Shown here: in pieces, positions 1-13,019 of the stretch
Layout: every line of letters starts with the position of its first letter
Position numbering within the stretch: position 1 is the stretch's first letter
Source: Lama glama
Taxonomy: Eukaryota
Reading direction: 5' to 3'
NCBI GenBank assembly: GCA_028534125.1
Contig: CM052816.1
Span: 67,954,001-68,018,000 of the forward strand
DNA: 64,000 nt
Made by a program: the position numbers and the translations under genes
Notes under the pieces: model-generated
Seen by the model: only the letters and a program-made list of their open reading frames with translations
Database searches by the model: none
Told to the model about the DNA's origin: nothing

Positions 1-319
1 ACTGGGAGTTGGCTTTCCTCCTGTGTTTCACTCAGGAGCCCAGACTATTAGCCAATCAAGGAGCAAGTGTACTCAAGAGATGAAGTAGTTGTTCTTCCAT
101 CTGTGGCTCCATAAATCCAATTCTGCTCTTTGGAGGGTACAGTGAATGTTCCATAAATAAGAGTTGAGTAAGTGAATTACTCAGTAATTCTCAACAGGAA
201 AAGGTAGGAAGATATACTTACCCAAAAAGAATGTGGTAGAATGTTGAAGGTTTTCTGAAGATTCCATAGAAGTAGAGTGGGAGATTCTGACTAATTATAA
301 AAATTATTTTCAATATTAA

Positions 320-700
320 CTTTTCAGCATGTATTGAGATATAACTTCTGTATTATAAAATGCAGGTATTTTGAATCAACAGTTCAAAGACTTTATATAT
401 TTATATACCCATGTGGCTATCACCTAGGTCAAGATCTCAGACATTTTTAGCATCTAAGAAAGTTCCCACCCAAACTTCCTCAGCCCAGGGTAACATTTAT
501 TCTTATTTTCATCTCCATGGATTAGTTTTGCCTATTCTTGAAAGTCATGTAATTCTAAAGTTGTACTCAATTGTAGTTGATTTTCACTCAATATGATATT
601 TTTGAAAATTTATCTATGTTGTTGCAGGCCAATGAATTCATTTATTTTTATTGCTCTATAGTGTTTCACACGTGGAAAATAGTTGCATTGTTTATAATAC
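320..700 (-). mobile_element. Old, degraded L1 (L1M-type) 3' end; probably continues at ~7700-7850
   Basis: 'attgagatataac...aaaatgcaggtattttga' and 'catctccatggattagttttgcctattcttgaa' resemble an antisense ancient L1 3' UTR. 7700-7850 ('agaattttgatcagtattgcattg...ttcccaatccatgaatatgg') resembles antisense ORF2. Confidence 0.65.
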
Positions 701-708
701 AATTTCTT

Positions 709-939
709 ATTTTATTTACTTTTTTAATATATGTATTTTTATTGAAATATAGTCAGTTTACAACATTGTGTCAATTTCTGGTATACAGCACAATGTTTCA
801 GTCATACTTGAACATATATATATTCATTTTCATATTCTTTTTCACCATAAGTTACTACAAGATATCAAACATAGTTCCCTGTGCTATACAGAATGAAGTT
901 GTTGTTTATCTATTCTGTATATATCAGTTAGTATCTGCA
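709..939 (-). mobile_element. Young 5'-truncated L1 3' terminus inserted in the poly(A) tail of the older L1
   Basis: 'tttattgaaatatagtcagtttacaacattgtgtcaatttctgg' is an L1 3' end. TSD aatacaatttctt (696-708) / aatgcaatttctt (940-952). Confidence 0.85.
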
Positions 940-1056
940 AATGCAATTTCTTTTTTTAGATTGAGGTATAATTAATTTACATTATAGTAGGTTCAGGTGT
1001 ACAGCATCGTGATTCAAAATTTCTACATATTATATTCCATTTTAATTTATTATAAA

Positions 1057-1219
1057 GAAACAAGTTTCTTCTGTATAGCACAGGAAACTATATTCAACAT
1101 CTTGCAATAACCTTTAATGAAAAAGAGTATGAAAATGAATATGTATGCATATGCATGACTGGGACATTGTGCTGTACATCAGAAATTGACACATTGTAAC
1201 TGACTATACTTAAATTAAA
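1057..1219 (+). mobile_element. Short young L1 3' terminus, opposite orientation to its host L1
   Basis: 'ctgtatagcacaggaaactatattcaa...gaaattgacacattgtaactgactatacttaaattaaaa'. TSD aatttattataaa (1044-1056) / aatttattgtaaa (1220-1232). Confidence 0.85.
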
Positions 1220-2386
1220 AATTTATTGTAAAATATTGACTATTTGCTGGGTTATACAATATATCCTTCTATCATTTATTTTCTACAGAGTAGTTTGTAC
1301 CTCTTAATTCCCTATGCCTATCTTGCATCTCCTGCCTTCCTTCTCCCTACTGGTAACCATTAATTTGTTCTTTATATTTGTGAATCTGTTTCTATTTTGT
1401 TGTACTAATGTATTTGTTTTACTTTTTAGATTCCACATATAAGTGATAACATACAATATTTGTCTTTCTCTCTCTGACTTAATTTCATTAAGTGTAGTAC
1501 CCTTCAGGTCCATCCATATTGTTGCAGATGGCAAAATTTCATCCTTTTTATGGTCAGGTAGTATTCCATTGTATATATACACCATATCTTATTTATTCAT
1601 TCACATCTGTTGATGGGCACTTAGGTTGCTTCCATATCTGGACTATTATAAATAATACTGCTGTGAACATTGGGACACAAGTATCTTTTCAAACTAGTGT
1701 TTTAGTTTTCTTCATATATATATATATCTAGGGGTGGAATTGCTGGATTATATGGTAGTTCTAATTTTAGTTTTTTGAGGAAGCTCCATTCTGTTTTGCA
1801 GAACCAGTCTACATTCCCATGTACAGTGTACAAAGGCTCACCTTTCTCCACATTCTCGTCAACATTTGTTATTTGTGGTCCTTTTGATGATAACCATTCT
1901 GACAGATGTGAGGTGATATTTCACTATGGTTTTGATTTGCATTTCTCTGATGGTTAGTGATACTAAGCATCTTTTCATGTGCCTGTTGGCCATCTGTATA
2001 TCTTCTTTCTATCCGGGTCTTTTGCCCATTTTTTTAATTGGGTGGTTGTTGTTGTTATGATACTGAGTTATATAAGCTGTTTATATATTTTGGATATTAA
2101 CCCCTTATTGATCATATCATTTGCAAATATTTTCTCCCATTCAGTAGGCTGTCTTCATTTTGTTGATGGTTTCCTTTGCTGTGCAAAAGTTTTCAATTAC
2201 GAACCATTTGTTTATTTTTTGCTTTTGTTTCCTTTGCCTTAGGAGAGAGAGCCAAAAAAAATTCTTAAAATACATATCAAAGAGTGTTCTGCCTATGTTT
2301 TCTTCTAGGAGCTTTATGGTTTCAGGTCTTACATTTAGGGCTTTAATCCATTTTGGATTTATTTTTGTATACAGTGTTAGAAAATG

Positions 2387-2507
2387 TTTTTTTAAAAACA
2401 TTTTTTATTGATTTATAATCATTTTACAGTGTTGTGTCAAATTCCAGGGTAGAGCACAGTTTTTCAGTTATACATGATCATATATATATATTCATTGTCA
2501 CATTTTT
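2387..2507 (-). mobile_element. Very short young L1 3' terminus inside host ORF2
   Basis: 'acattttttattgatttataatcattttacagtgttgtgtcaaattcc' interrupts the host L1 between 'gtgttagaaaatg' and 'aatttcattcttttacatgt'. TSD ambiguous. Confidence 0.75.
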
Positions 2508-3675
2508 AAAATTTCATTCTTTTACATGTGGCCGTCCAGTTTTCCCAACACCACTTACTGAAGAGACTGTCTTTCCCCCATTATATATTCTTGCTTCCTT
2601 TGTCATAGATTAATTGGCCATATATGTGTATATTTATTTCTGGGCTCCCTATTCTATTCCATTGATCTATGTGTCTGTTTTGTGTCAATAACCATACTGT
2701 TTTGATTACTGTAGCTTAGTAGTATAGTCTGAAGTCAGGGAGCATGATTCCCCCAGCTCTGTTCTTTTTTCTCAAGATTGTTTTGATTATTTTGGGTCTT
2801 TTAGGTTTCCATACAAGTTTTCATATTATTTATTCTAGTTCTATGAAAAATGCCTTTGGTATTTCAATAGGGATTGCATCGAATCTGTAGATTTCCTGGG
2901 TAGTATGATCATTTTAACTATTTCCTTCCAATCCATGAACATAGTATATCTTTCCTTTGTGTTACCTTCAGTTTCTTTCATCAGTGTCTTACAGTTTTTG
3001 GAGTAAGGTCTTTTACTTCCTAAGATTATTCCTAGATATTTTATTCTTTTTTATACCAAGGTAAATAAGATTGTTTTCTTAACTTCTCTGATAGTTCATT
3101 GTTGGTATATAAAATGAAACATATTTCTGTATATTAATTTTGTATTCTACAACTTTGCCTAATTTGTTGAAGAACTCTAGTAGTCTTTTAGTAGTGTCTA
3201 AGGATATTATATATAGTATCATGTCATATGCAAGTAGTGATAGTTTTATTTCTTTCCAATTTGGATTCCTTTTTTTCTTTTTCTTGTCTGATTGCTATGG
3301 CTAGGACTTCCAATACTATATTGAATAAAAGTGATAAGAATGGGCATCTTTGTCTTGTTCCTGATCTTAGAGGAAATGCTTTCAGCTGTTCACTGATGAG
3401 TATAATGTTATCTGTGGGTTTATCATATATGACCTTTATTATGTTAAGGTATGGTCTCTCTATACTCACTTCCTGGAAATTTTTCTTTTTAATCATAAAT
3501 GGATGTTTGAATTTTGTCAAAAGCTTTTTCTGCATCTATTAGGATGATCATATGATTTTTGTTCTTTAGTTTGTTGGTGTTATGTATGACATTGATTTGT
3601 GAATACTGAACCTTCTTTGCATCCCTGGAATAAATCCCACTTGATTATGGTGTGTGATCCTTTTAATGTATTGTT

Positions 3676-4234
3676 TTTCTTTTTTTGATTTTTTAATTGA
3701 AGTATAGTCAGTTTACAATGTTGTGTTAATTTCTGGTGTATGGCATAGTGATTTAGTTTTATATATATAATATATATATAAAATATATATAAAACATATA
3801 CATATATAAATATAAAATATAAAAATATAAAAATACATAAATGTATAATATATATGTGTAATATATAGGGGTGTGTGTGTGTGTGTGTGTGTATGTTCCT
3901 TCTCATATCCTTTTTCATTGTAGGCTATTAAAAGGTACTGCATATAGTTCCCTGTGTTGTACAGTAGGATCTTGCTGTTTATCTATTTTATATATAGTAG
4001 TTAGTATCTGCAGATCCCAAACTCTCAAATTAACCCTACACCCCTCCCTTTCCCCACCCTGCTCCTGGTAACCACAAGTTTGTTTTCTATGTCTGTGAGT
4101 CTGTTTATGTTTTATAAATAAGTTCATTTGTGTCTTTTTTTTTTTTTAGATTCCACATAAAAGTGATACCATACAGTATTTTTCTTTCTCTTTCTGGCTT
4201 GCTTCATTTAGTCTTTCTGGCTTACTTCACTTAG
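3676..4234 (-). mobile_element. 5'-truncated L1 3' UTR insertion with internal (TA)n/(TG)n expansion
   Basis: 'ttaattgaagtatagtcagtttacaatgttgtg' is an L1 3' end. Perfect 12-bp TSD taatgtattgtt at 3664-3675 and 4235-4246. Confidence 0.9.
3759..3893. repeat. Compound (TA)-rich / (TG)n microsatellite
   Basis: Directly visible: tatatatataatatata...gtgtgtgtgtgtgtgtgtgtgt. Confidence 0.95.
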
Positions 4235-5123
4235 TAATGTATTGTTGAATTTGGTTTGCTAATATTTTGTTGAGAATTTTTGCATCTATGTTCATCAGTG
4301 ATATTGGTCTCTAATTTTTTTTCCTGGTATCTTTGTCTAATTTTGCTATCAGAGTGATGCTGGCCTTGTAGAATGAGTTTGGAAGCATTCCTTCTTCTGC
4401 AATTTTTTGAAATAATTTGAGAATAGCTGTTAACTCTTCCCTAAATGTTTGGTAGAATTTACCTGTGAAGCCATCTTATCCTGGACTTTTGTTTGCTGGG
4501 AGTTTTAAAATTACCCATGCAACTTTGGTCTGCTCATATTTCTGTTTCTCCTGGTTCAGTCTTGGAGAGTGTACCTTTCTAAGAATTTGCCCATTTCTTC
4601 TAGGTTGTCCATTTTATTGGTGTATAACTATTCATAATAATCTCTTATGATCCTTTACATTTCTGTGGTATCAATGTAACTTCTCCTTTTTCATTTTTGA
4701 TTTTATTAATTTGGACCCTCTCCCTTTTTTCGTGATGAGTCTGGCTGAATTTTGTTTATCTTTTCACAGAACCAGCTTTTAGATTCACTGATCCTTTCTA
4801 TATGTATTTAGTCACTATTTCATTTATTTCTTCTCTGATCTTTATGGTTTCTTTTCTTATACTAACTTTGAGGATTTATTTATTTTTTTTGGTTCTTCCT
4901 TTTCTAGTTCCTTTAGGTATAACCTTAGGTTGTTTTGGATTTTTCTTGTGTCCTGAGGTAGGCTTTTGTTGCTTTGAACTTTCCTCTTAGAACTGCTTTT
5001 ACTGGATCCCATAGATTTTGGATCGTTGTGTTTTCATTTTCATGTCTCCAGATTGAAAAAAAAAATTCTTCTTTGCTTTCTTCAGTGATTCATTAATTTT
5101 TAGTAGCAAATTTTTTAGTCTCC

Positions 5124-5132
5124 ATGTGTTTG

Positions 5133-5163
<31 letters not shown>

Positions 5164-5164
5164 T
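5124..5164. repeat. (TG)n plus poly(T) microsatellite inside L1 ORF2
   Basis: Directly visible. Confidence 0.9.
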
Positions 5165-8100
5165 GCAGTTTTTTTCCTTGTTGATTTCTAGTCATAGCAT
5201 TGTGGTCAGAAAAAAATGCTTGATTTTATTTCAGTTTTTGTAAGATTACTGAGCCTGTTTTCTGGCCTACCATATGATCTTTCCATGGACAGTAGTACTT
5301 GAAAAGAATGTATATTCTGCTGCTTTTGGATGGAAAGTTCTCTGTATATCAATAAATTCCATTTATTCTAATGGGTTATGTAAGGTCTGTGTTTCCTTAT
5401 GATTTTATATCTAAATGAAATGTCCAGTGATATAAATGGTGTGTTAAAGTCCCCTACTATTACTGTGTTATGTTCAATTTCTCACTTTATGTCTGTTAAT
5501 ACTTGCTTTACGTATTCTACTCCTTTTTTGGATGCATATATATTTACAATTGTTACATCTTTTTCTTGGATTAATCCCTTTATCATGATGTAATGTCCTT
5601 CTTTGTCTCTGTTACAGTCTTTGTCTTAAAATCTATTTTGTCTAATATAAGTATTGCTACCCCATCTTTCTTTTGAATTCCATTTGCATGGAATACCTTT
5701 ATTCCATCCTTTCACTTTCAATCTGAATGTGTCTTTAGATATGAAGTGAGTCTCTTGTAGGCAACACATATATCGGTTTGTTCTTGTATCCATTCAGCCA
5801 CTCTATTTCTTTTGATTAGAGAATTTAGTCTATTAACATTTAAAGAAACTATTAATAGGTATATACGTATTGCCATTTTGTTAATTGTTTTGGGGTTTAT
5901 TTATAATTCTTTTTTGTTCCTTTCTTCCTATTTTTTTCTCTTTCATTGTGATTTAATGACTATCTTTGGTGTTATGTTTACATTCCTTTCTCTCTTTTGT
6001 GTCTGTGTCTCTTAAAGATTTCTGGTTTGTGCTTATCATGAGTCTTATGAAAAGAAATCTGTATATATAGATGACTATTTTAAATTACTGATCTCTTAAT
6101 TTCAAATGCATTTTAACAATCCTGCATTTTTACTCCCCTCCCCCAATGATTACTGACTTCATATTTTACATCTTTTTATTTTGTGTATCCCTTAACTACT
6201 TACTATAGATAGAGATGATTTTACTACTTCTGTCTTTTAATCTTCCTACTAGCTTTGTATATGGTCGATTTACTACCTTTCATGTATATTTGCCTTTACC
6301 AATAAGCTGTTTCCTTTTGTGATTTTCATATTTCTAGTTGTGGCCTTTTCTTTTTCACTTAGAGAAGTTCCTTTAATGTTTCTTATAAAGCTTGTTTGGT
6401 GGTGTTGAACTTTCTTAGCTTTTGCTTGTCTGTAAAACTTTTGATCTCTCTGTCTAATCTGAATGAAAGATTTGCCATGTAGAGTATTCTTGTTTTTAGG
6501 TTTTTACCTTTCTTCAATATAAATATATTGTTTCACTCTCTTCTAGCTTGCAGAGTTTCTCTGGAAAAGTCAGCTGATAGCCTTTTGAGGGTTGCTTTGT
6601 ACATAACTTGTTGCTTTTCCTTTGATACCTTTAATATTCTGTCTTTATCTTTAATTTTTACCATTTTAATTACAGTTTGCCTTTGTGTGGTCCTCTTTGG
6701 GTTGACCCTGTTTGGGACTCTCTGTGATTCCTAAACCTGGATATCTGTTTTCTTTCCCAGGTTAGAGAAATTTTCAGCTATTATGTCTTCAAATATGTTC
6801 TTCATCTCTTCTCTTTTCTTTCTGGAACTCCTGTAATGCACATATTAGTATGCTTGATGTTATCTTGGAATTCTCTTAAACTGCTGTCATTTCTTTTTCT
6901 TTATTTTTTTTCTTTTCTTGTTGGGCTTCGGTAATTTCCACTACTTTGTGTTGCAGCTCATTGATTCATTCTTCTGTATCATTTAGTCTAGTATTGATTT
7001 CTTCTAATGTATTTTTCATTTCAATTATTGTATGCTACATTTCTGTTTGGTTACTTATATTTTCTAACTGTTTGTTTAAAACTTTTCAGTTCTCACTCTG
7101 TTTATCTGTTTTTCTCCTGAGTTTTTTTTAATGTCTTTACAATCATTACCTTGGACTCTTATTGAGCAGATTGCCTAGCTCCACTTAGTTCTTCTGGGGT
7201 TTTATCTTGTTTCTTCATTGGGAACATGTTCCTCTGTTGCTTCATTTTGCTATATATATATATTACTATATATATTTTTATTTATTTGGTAGCTTGGTTA
7301 CTTTTCCTGACCTTTCAGAAGTGGTCTTTTGTGGGAAGTGTCCCATGCATCCCAGCACTGCAATCCCCTCTGGTCACCAGAGCAATATGCCCTTGAGATA
7401 CCCCTTATGTGGGCTGTGTGGGTCCTTCTGTTGTGAGGGCTGACAACTATGGGTGGTCTAATAGACATGGCTGGCTCTCAGTCTGGCTGCTTGCCAGTCT
7501 TTGCCTTGTGTGGGGGCTGCTGGCCACTGGTTTGCAGGTCCAGGTCATGAGATGGCTGGCTGAAGAACCCTGAGGAGTCCTGGGGTTGGTGCTGGCTCTC
7601 TGGTAGGCAGATCTGGGTCCCAGAATCTCTGGCTACAGTGCCATTGGGGTCCTTGAGTTCGTATGTTGGCTTGCATGAGTGAAACTGGGGACTATATATA
7701 TTTAGAATCATTTTGTCAATTCCTCCTTTAAAAGAGGTTGCTAGAATTTTGATCAGTATTGCATTGTATCTAATAAATCAATTGAGAAAAAAGTTAATTT
7801 TTCCCAATCCATGAATATGGATATATCTCTCTATGTAGTTAGGTCATTATAAAAGAAAGAATAGTATTTAGTATTAAAATACAAGTTGTGTGGAGAGAAA
7901 GAACATCATACAGTTTAAAAAACTTGCTGCCTTACTCAGAGGATGGAATTCTTTTTTAGGGAGAGAATTGCTTTTTTTCTTTTTCCTTTTTTAAAAAAAA
8001 TAATATAGGACATGATGTGGAAAGAGAATCAAAAGACTAAAAGAACTAAATTTCTTTTTGAATCAAGTAGCAGAAAATATTTCTGGTGCTTTGAGGGCTG

Positions 8101-8583
8101 AAGAAAATGGGGGTGCTCACAACCTGTGGTGAACTGTGAAGATAAAAGCACCAAGACCATTAGGAGCTGAAGACAGTAAGAGTCAGGCTGTGACTTAAAT
8201 GGACCCTGATTGTGGGGCCACCATTTTTTGCTCTAAGAGGAAAATGACCCCAAGTACTGAGGTGATTAATTTCTTTAAAAGTTGGTTAAAGGATATCTTA
8301 GAGGGTAGGGAGTTGGATTATATTTGGAAAACAAACAAACAAACAAAAAATCCCTATCATTTTTCTAACATAAATACCAAAGAGGACCTTTGTAGTACCC
8401 ATCTTTCTTTTATGGTGGGAACTCTCCATGAACTACCCCCTCATCACATGAACATAAATAATAATTCAGGTGGAATGGCCAATTCACTCAAGTTGGGCAC
8501 TGCAATTTGTCTGGGTTTACAGAATAAGTCACACAATAGAGATCTCAAAAGTTAGAATTTTCTTGGAAAAGCTTGTATAATGA

Positions 8584-9127
8584 TGTGGTAGGCTATTTCC
8601 AAAATGGCCCTCAATGATCCCTACCTCCTTGTATTCATTCCCTTGTGTAATCATTTCCCCTTGTGTGTAGGCTGAGCCCAGTGACTTATTTCTAAATTTC
8701 TAAAGAATAGAATATGACAAAAGTAAAGGGCAATCATACCCTAGATTGGGTTTTCAAAAACCGTGATTTCCATCTTGCTTTTACTGTCTCTCATACTGAC
8801 ACTCCCTCTTGCTCTCACACTTGCGCTCACTCTGGTGAAGTAAGCTGCCATGTTCTGACAGATGGCAAAGACCTGAGGACCATCTCACTGAGGAACTAAC
8901 ACTTTAAATCCAACAGTCCATAAGGAACTGAATCCTACCATTTCAGTAACTTGACTGAGCTTGGACACAGATCCTTCCCCCATTTACCTGTGAAATGACT
9001 GCAGTCCTAGCTGGCACTTTAATTGTAGCCTGTGAGAGACCCAGAGCTAGAGGACTTGGCCAAACCACCCCCAGATTCCTGACCTACAGAAACTGGGCTA
9101 ATTGTACAACAACAGATAATTAAGACA
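8584..9127 (+). mobile_element. MaLR solo LTR (MLT1F/G-like)
   Basis: TG...CA ends ('tgtggtaggc...aacagataattaagaca'), MLT1-type 'aaggaactgaatcctacca' and 'cagattcctgacctacagaaactg', and 5-bp TSD aatga on both sides. Confidence 0.85.
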
Positions 9128-9134
9128 AATGATA

Positions 9135-9370
9135 ACATTAATGGCTAGCATTCTTGATTGTTAACTACATGTCAGGCACTAAGTGTTTTGCACGTTATTT
9201 TTCTTTTCAGCTTCACAATAATCCTATGAAGAAAATATTCATATGCTCATTTTACAGATGGGGGAAGTGAAGCTTAGAGTAATTTGCCAAAGTTAAAGAG
9301 CTAGTAAATAAAATCAGAATTTAAATCTGCACAGTCCTTCTCTAGTACCTGAATGCTTAAACAGTGTGCT
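9135..9370 (-). mobile_element. MIR SINE
   Basis: Antisense MIR core 'cattttacagatgggggaagtgaagcttagag...tttgccaaagtt'. Confidence 0.85.
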
Positions 9371-9899
9371 CTGTTTGCTATATCAACTAATCTCTTTCAT
9401 CCAGAATACATTTTTCCACTAAAATGGCTGCTTTTTAAAGTCGAATGACATTGCAGTTTTTGAGTAAAGTGACTCCAAAACTGGGCTTATCTTGGAGATA
9501 GGCAGGCAAAAACCAGAGAGAAGACCAGCAGTCTTGTGTGAAAGGCATATGCCATGCAGTCAAATTCTTTGATTTGGAGCTGAGATTTGCCTTAGTGGTA
9601 GAAAAGTAGGAAAGGAAGCAAAAATTCCTGGAGAAGGGTTTAGGAAGGAGAATGATTCATTATTTTAGCTTTTATGTCAGCATATCAGATTATGAGGATG
9701 AAGACAAATCAAGCTTTTCCAGAAAGAATATTGTGTTGCCTCAGATATGCCTCAGGTGAGACCTACTAAGAAAAAGAAAGCCATTCTTAAAATGTTGTGA
9801 TGTAAAACAGTTATTGTGAGAATAGCTTTATTGCTTTAAAAAAAAAGGATTTTGGATATAGATTTTATCTCTTTAATATAAAGGTAGTTATTGCATGCT

Positions 9900-10770
9900 T
9901 GAGGTAATAAAAACATGAATAGAATAATTGAGAAGATTATAGTGTAAATATTACCCCAATCCCTCCCAGCAGCAATAACCTGACTGATAGTTTTTACTGT
10001 TTTGTAATGTGTTTTGTCTCCTAATTATGAATATCTTTTCACATTAATGACTAGGTCAACATCATTGTTTTTAATGTTCTGTCATATGTATGTTCCATTA
10101 TTTATTAAAAATAATCCTCTAGATATTTAAGTTGCTTCCAATTTTCTGTAATAAACAACTCCACAAGAGAGAACTTTGTACAGACATCTTTTGATTTCTT
10201 TAGAGTAAATTTCTAGATTTGAAAGTGTTGGGTCAAAGAGTTTGCATATTTTAGATTCTTATAGGTCTTGCCAAATTGCCTTCGAGAAAGGTTGTACCAA
10301 ATTAATTCCCACGAACAGTTAATGAGAGTGCCCACTTCCTACACCCTGGCCAGCAATGGGTATTAACATTCTTTTAAACCTTTGCCCATCTGATAAGTGA
10401 AAAATAGCATCTTGTTTTAGTTTACACTCCTTTAATTACTTGGGGAATTAGGCATTCTTTCTCACTGATCATTTGTGTTTCTTCTCTTACAAATTATCTT
10501 TTTATGCCATTTGACCTTTTCTCCACTGTATTATATTTTTGAATTAAAAATTTTATAAATACAGAAATTTAGCACTTTTCTTTTTTCCATATGCTGCATT
10601 TTATCCTAGATTTTAATCTTTCAACTGTGACTTACTTTATTTGTTTGTCTTTTTGCTCTGTTGATATTTTTATTTTTTATTTCATCAACTCTATCCATCT
10701 TTATATTTATAGTTTCTGACATTGTTATGCCTAGGAAGGCCTTTTCTTCTGGCCAGATGTTTACAAAGTC
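9900..10770 (-). mobile_element. Ancient L1 (L1ME-like) 3' fragment
   Basis: 'gccaaattgccttcgagaaaggttgtaccaaattaattcccac...atgagagtgccc' and 'tttgcccatctgataagtgaaaaatagcatct' resemble old L1. Confidence 0.75.
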
Positions 10771-11084
10771 TGGATAACCGTAAGGAACCAACATTTTGAA
10801 GCAGATTTGGGAAACAAAATGTGAAAGACAATAAATTATAAAAATACTCTTTACTTTTATAGGCTTCATGTTTCCCCTGGGAACTTCTTCATTTGCCATA
10901 ACTCTGATTAGTGACATTAAAGAAAACACTTCAAGAACTGTCATATATGTTGATTAGAATACACATACCTGTATAAAGTTTAATGTTTCTCCTTGGCTAC
11001 ATTCTTCAGAATATTAGTAAAGTAAATAGGTTGTAAATATAATGGTTTATCCCACTATAATTCCAATAACAGATACCTATTACA

Positions 11085-11310
11085 GAATAACTTATTTTCA
11101 TGTCATGTTCAGTACTTCACAAAGCTATTTCACATGCATCATTTTGCTTCGTCTTTTCAGCACCAGTACAACTTTATTATTATCTCCTTTTGATGGATGA
11201 GGATACTGAACTTCTGAATGGTTAGATGACTTAGCCAATGTCACACAATCAAAAGATAGCAGAGTCAGGACTCAAACTCATTATCTTTTAAATAAAAAAT
11301 CCAGTGCTCC
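11085..11310 (-). mobile_element. MIR SINE
   Basis: 'gatgaggatactgaac...ggttagatgacttagccaatgtcacaca...gcagagtcaggactcaaac'. Confidence 0.8.
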
Positions 11311-11839
11311 CACCAGTTATCAAAATAATAATTATAATCTGTTCAGCTGCTGAATGGAGTCAGTGGAGTTCAGAATTTAGTTGCTTTTCTGGAATTTCAG
11401 CAACTTTGATCTTACACAGCTTCTTAGGTTCTAACCTCAGTTTGGTCATGAGAAACAGTGGATTACCATATGTTAGGCTATGATTTTTGTCCTCTTCCTG
11501 AGCAAAGACTGTCTACAATGCAGGTAGCTCCTTCATTTAACATACTCATTCAGTGGAAACCCTCATTCTTTAGTGGTTGGCTGTCTATTCTATTTCTGTT
11601 GTGGTAGAACAGGTTGGCATATGTTTCCAACTTGATGTAGAAAGACCTACTTTAGAAGATCAAAGTTGGTATATGGTTTTACAGGTGAAGCGTCTGCCTT
11701 TATAGACTCAAGAAAGTATTGTAAAGCACACAACTGTTTGGTCTGTACACATGCCTTCCCCTATGGCCAATTCTGCCTGGCTTTCTCCTTTCTTCTCCAC
11801 TCCTTAACTTCTGCCCAGTGCCCACCATCTCCTTTCCCC

Positions 11840-11950
11840 TTGTTCATTCATCTGTTTGCTCGTTGTATATCTGTTGAACATCTACTATATGCCAGGCACC
11901 TTGCTTGTTGCAGGAGAAAAGAGGTGGATAACATTCCTTCTCTGTTCTTG
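11840..11950 (-). mobile_element. L2 3' end
   Basis: 'ttcattcatc...ttgaacatctactatatgccaggcac' is an antisense L2 terminus. Confidence 0.7.
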
Positions 11951-13019
11951 AGGAATGAGACAGAGATGCCAAAACTTAAATAATGTGTGAGACCAGCCTT
12001 GCAGGTGTTGGGTGCTGCTGATATTAAGTTAGTGACCTAATGTTGAACAACTCTAAACATATATTTGCTCAGCAGAGTGGGAAGTTCAGCCTTCCCCAGC
12101 ATTTCCTCCCCCTGAAACGTCCAAAAATCTCCAGAGTATTTATTTTTATCAAAAGGGTTAGATAGTACAGAATGCTCTCATGTCTTTATAACAAATCTAG
12201 AATTTAGTTTCCCTACATGTAAGAAATTTGTAGATGTTGGATTGGGAACTACATACCCAAGAAAAAGGCCACTTTCTGTGCTCTGTTGTTGCTGTTGCCA
12301 AACAAACAGACAAACAACCCTGAAATAGATAGCCATCTACATGCCTTGCTCATTGATAGAGTAGCCCTCCCTCTTCTACCACAGTGGTGTGGTATCTCTC
12401 CTACTCCAACAAGCAAGAACAGCATCTTTTGAAATTGGCTCATTTCCCTCAAGTCTGGATTATTTATTCTTGTCCATGGTCACCTGTTTATATTCCAATA
12501 CAGTGTGATCCATGGTGACAGAGACCCAGTTTATCCTTCATGGAGGAGATACTATTTAAGATGACTCTTAAAAGATGAGTGGGTGTTTCCTCAGGCACAC
12601 AAGGCATAGACTGTCACTCATAGCAGAATAATGAGCACAATTCAGGCATAGAGGCATAACACAGATGAGGAGGACATGTAAGTCACTGTGATAGGAGCGG
12701 GAATAGCAGGTAATGGAAGCAGGGAGGTGGGAATAGGCATGCCACTGAGGGAGCTGTGTAGCTAGTTGGGGCACAGATAGGATGAACACAGCATCTCTCC
12801 ATATCCCAACAGTAGCAACAGGTCCCTTCCAAAGAGAAGGGGCAGAGGTTAGGAAATTATATCAAAGAATCCTTCTGGTCTTGCTGTCTCATCTGAGTTT
12901 TGATCTGTTGGAATTGCTGTAGCCATTGTGTCTTTTCCTTTTTTTTTTTTTTTCTGGTCTACTATCCAGCTAGAAGTTTTGTTCTGTCTTACTCTGTGAT
13001 TGAGTGGAGCCACCGAGAG

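Larger units (their letters stand above)
953..7696 (-). mobile_element. Near full-length degenerate LINE-1 (5' UTR, ORF1, ORF2, 3' UTR)
   Basis: The ORF2 start MAIRIYLLIVSLNVNRLNSLIK (endonuclease-like N-terminus) begins at 5876 on the minus strand. ORF2 fragments in the ORF track include '[37 protein letters not shown]' (RT) and 'LTLYTKINPKWIKALNVRPETIKLLEENIG'. An ORF1-like region lies at ~6400-7200 and a GC-richer 5' UTR at ~7300-7696. Many stops and frameshifts. Confidence 0.95.

Noticed and set aside
1304..3542. ORFs with reverse-transcriptase or L1 ORF2-like peptides
   Set aside because: They are short, frameshifted remnants of a dead L1, not functional genes.
10845..10960. Good acceptor (ctcttttacttttatag) followed by FMFPLGTSSFAITLISDIKENTSRTVIYVD*
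   Set aside because: Unrecognised peptide, no supporting upstream exon, and adjacent to a T-rich L1 relic.
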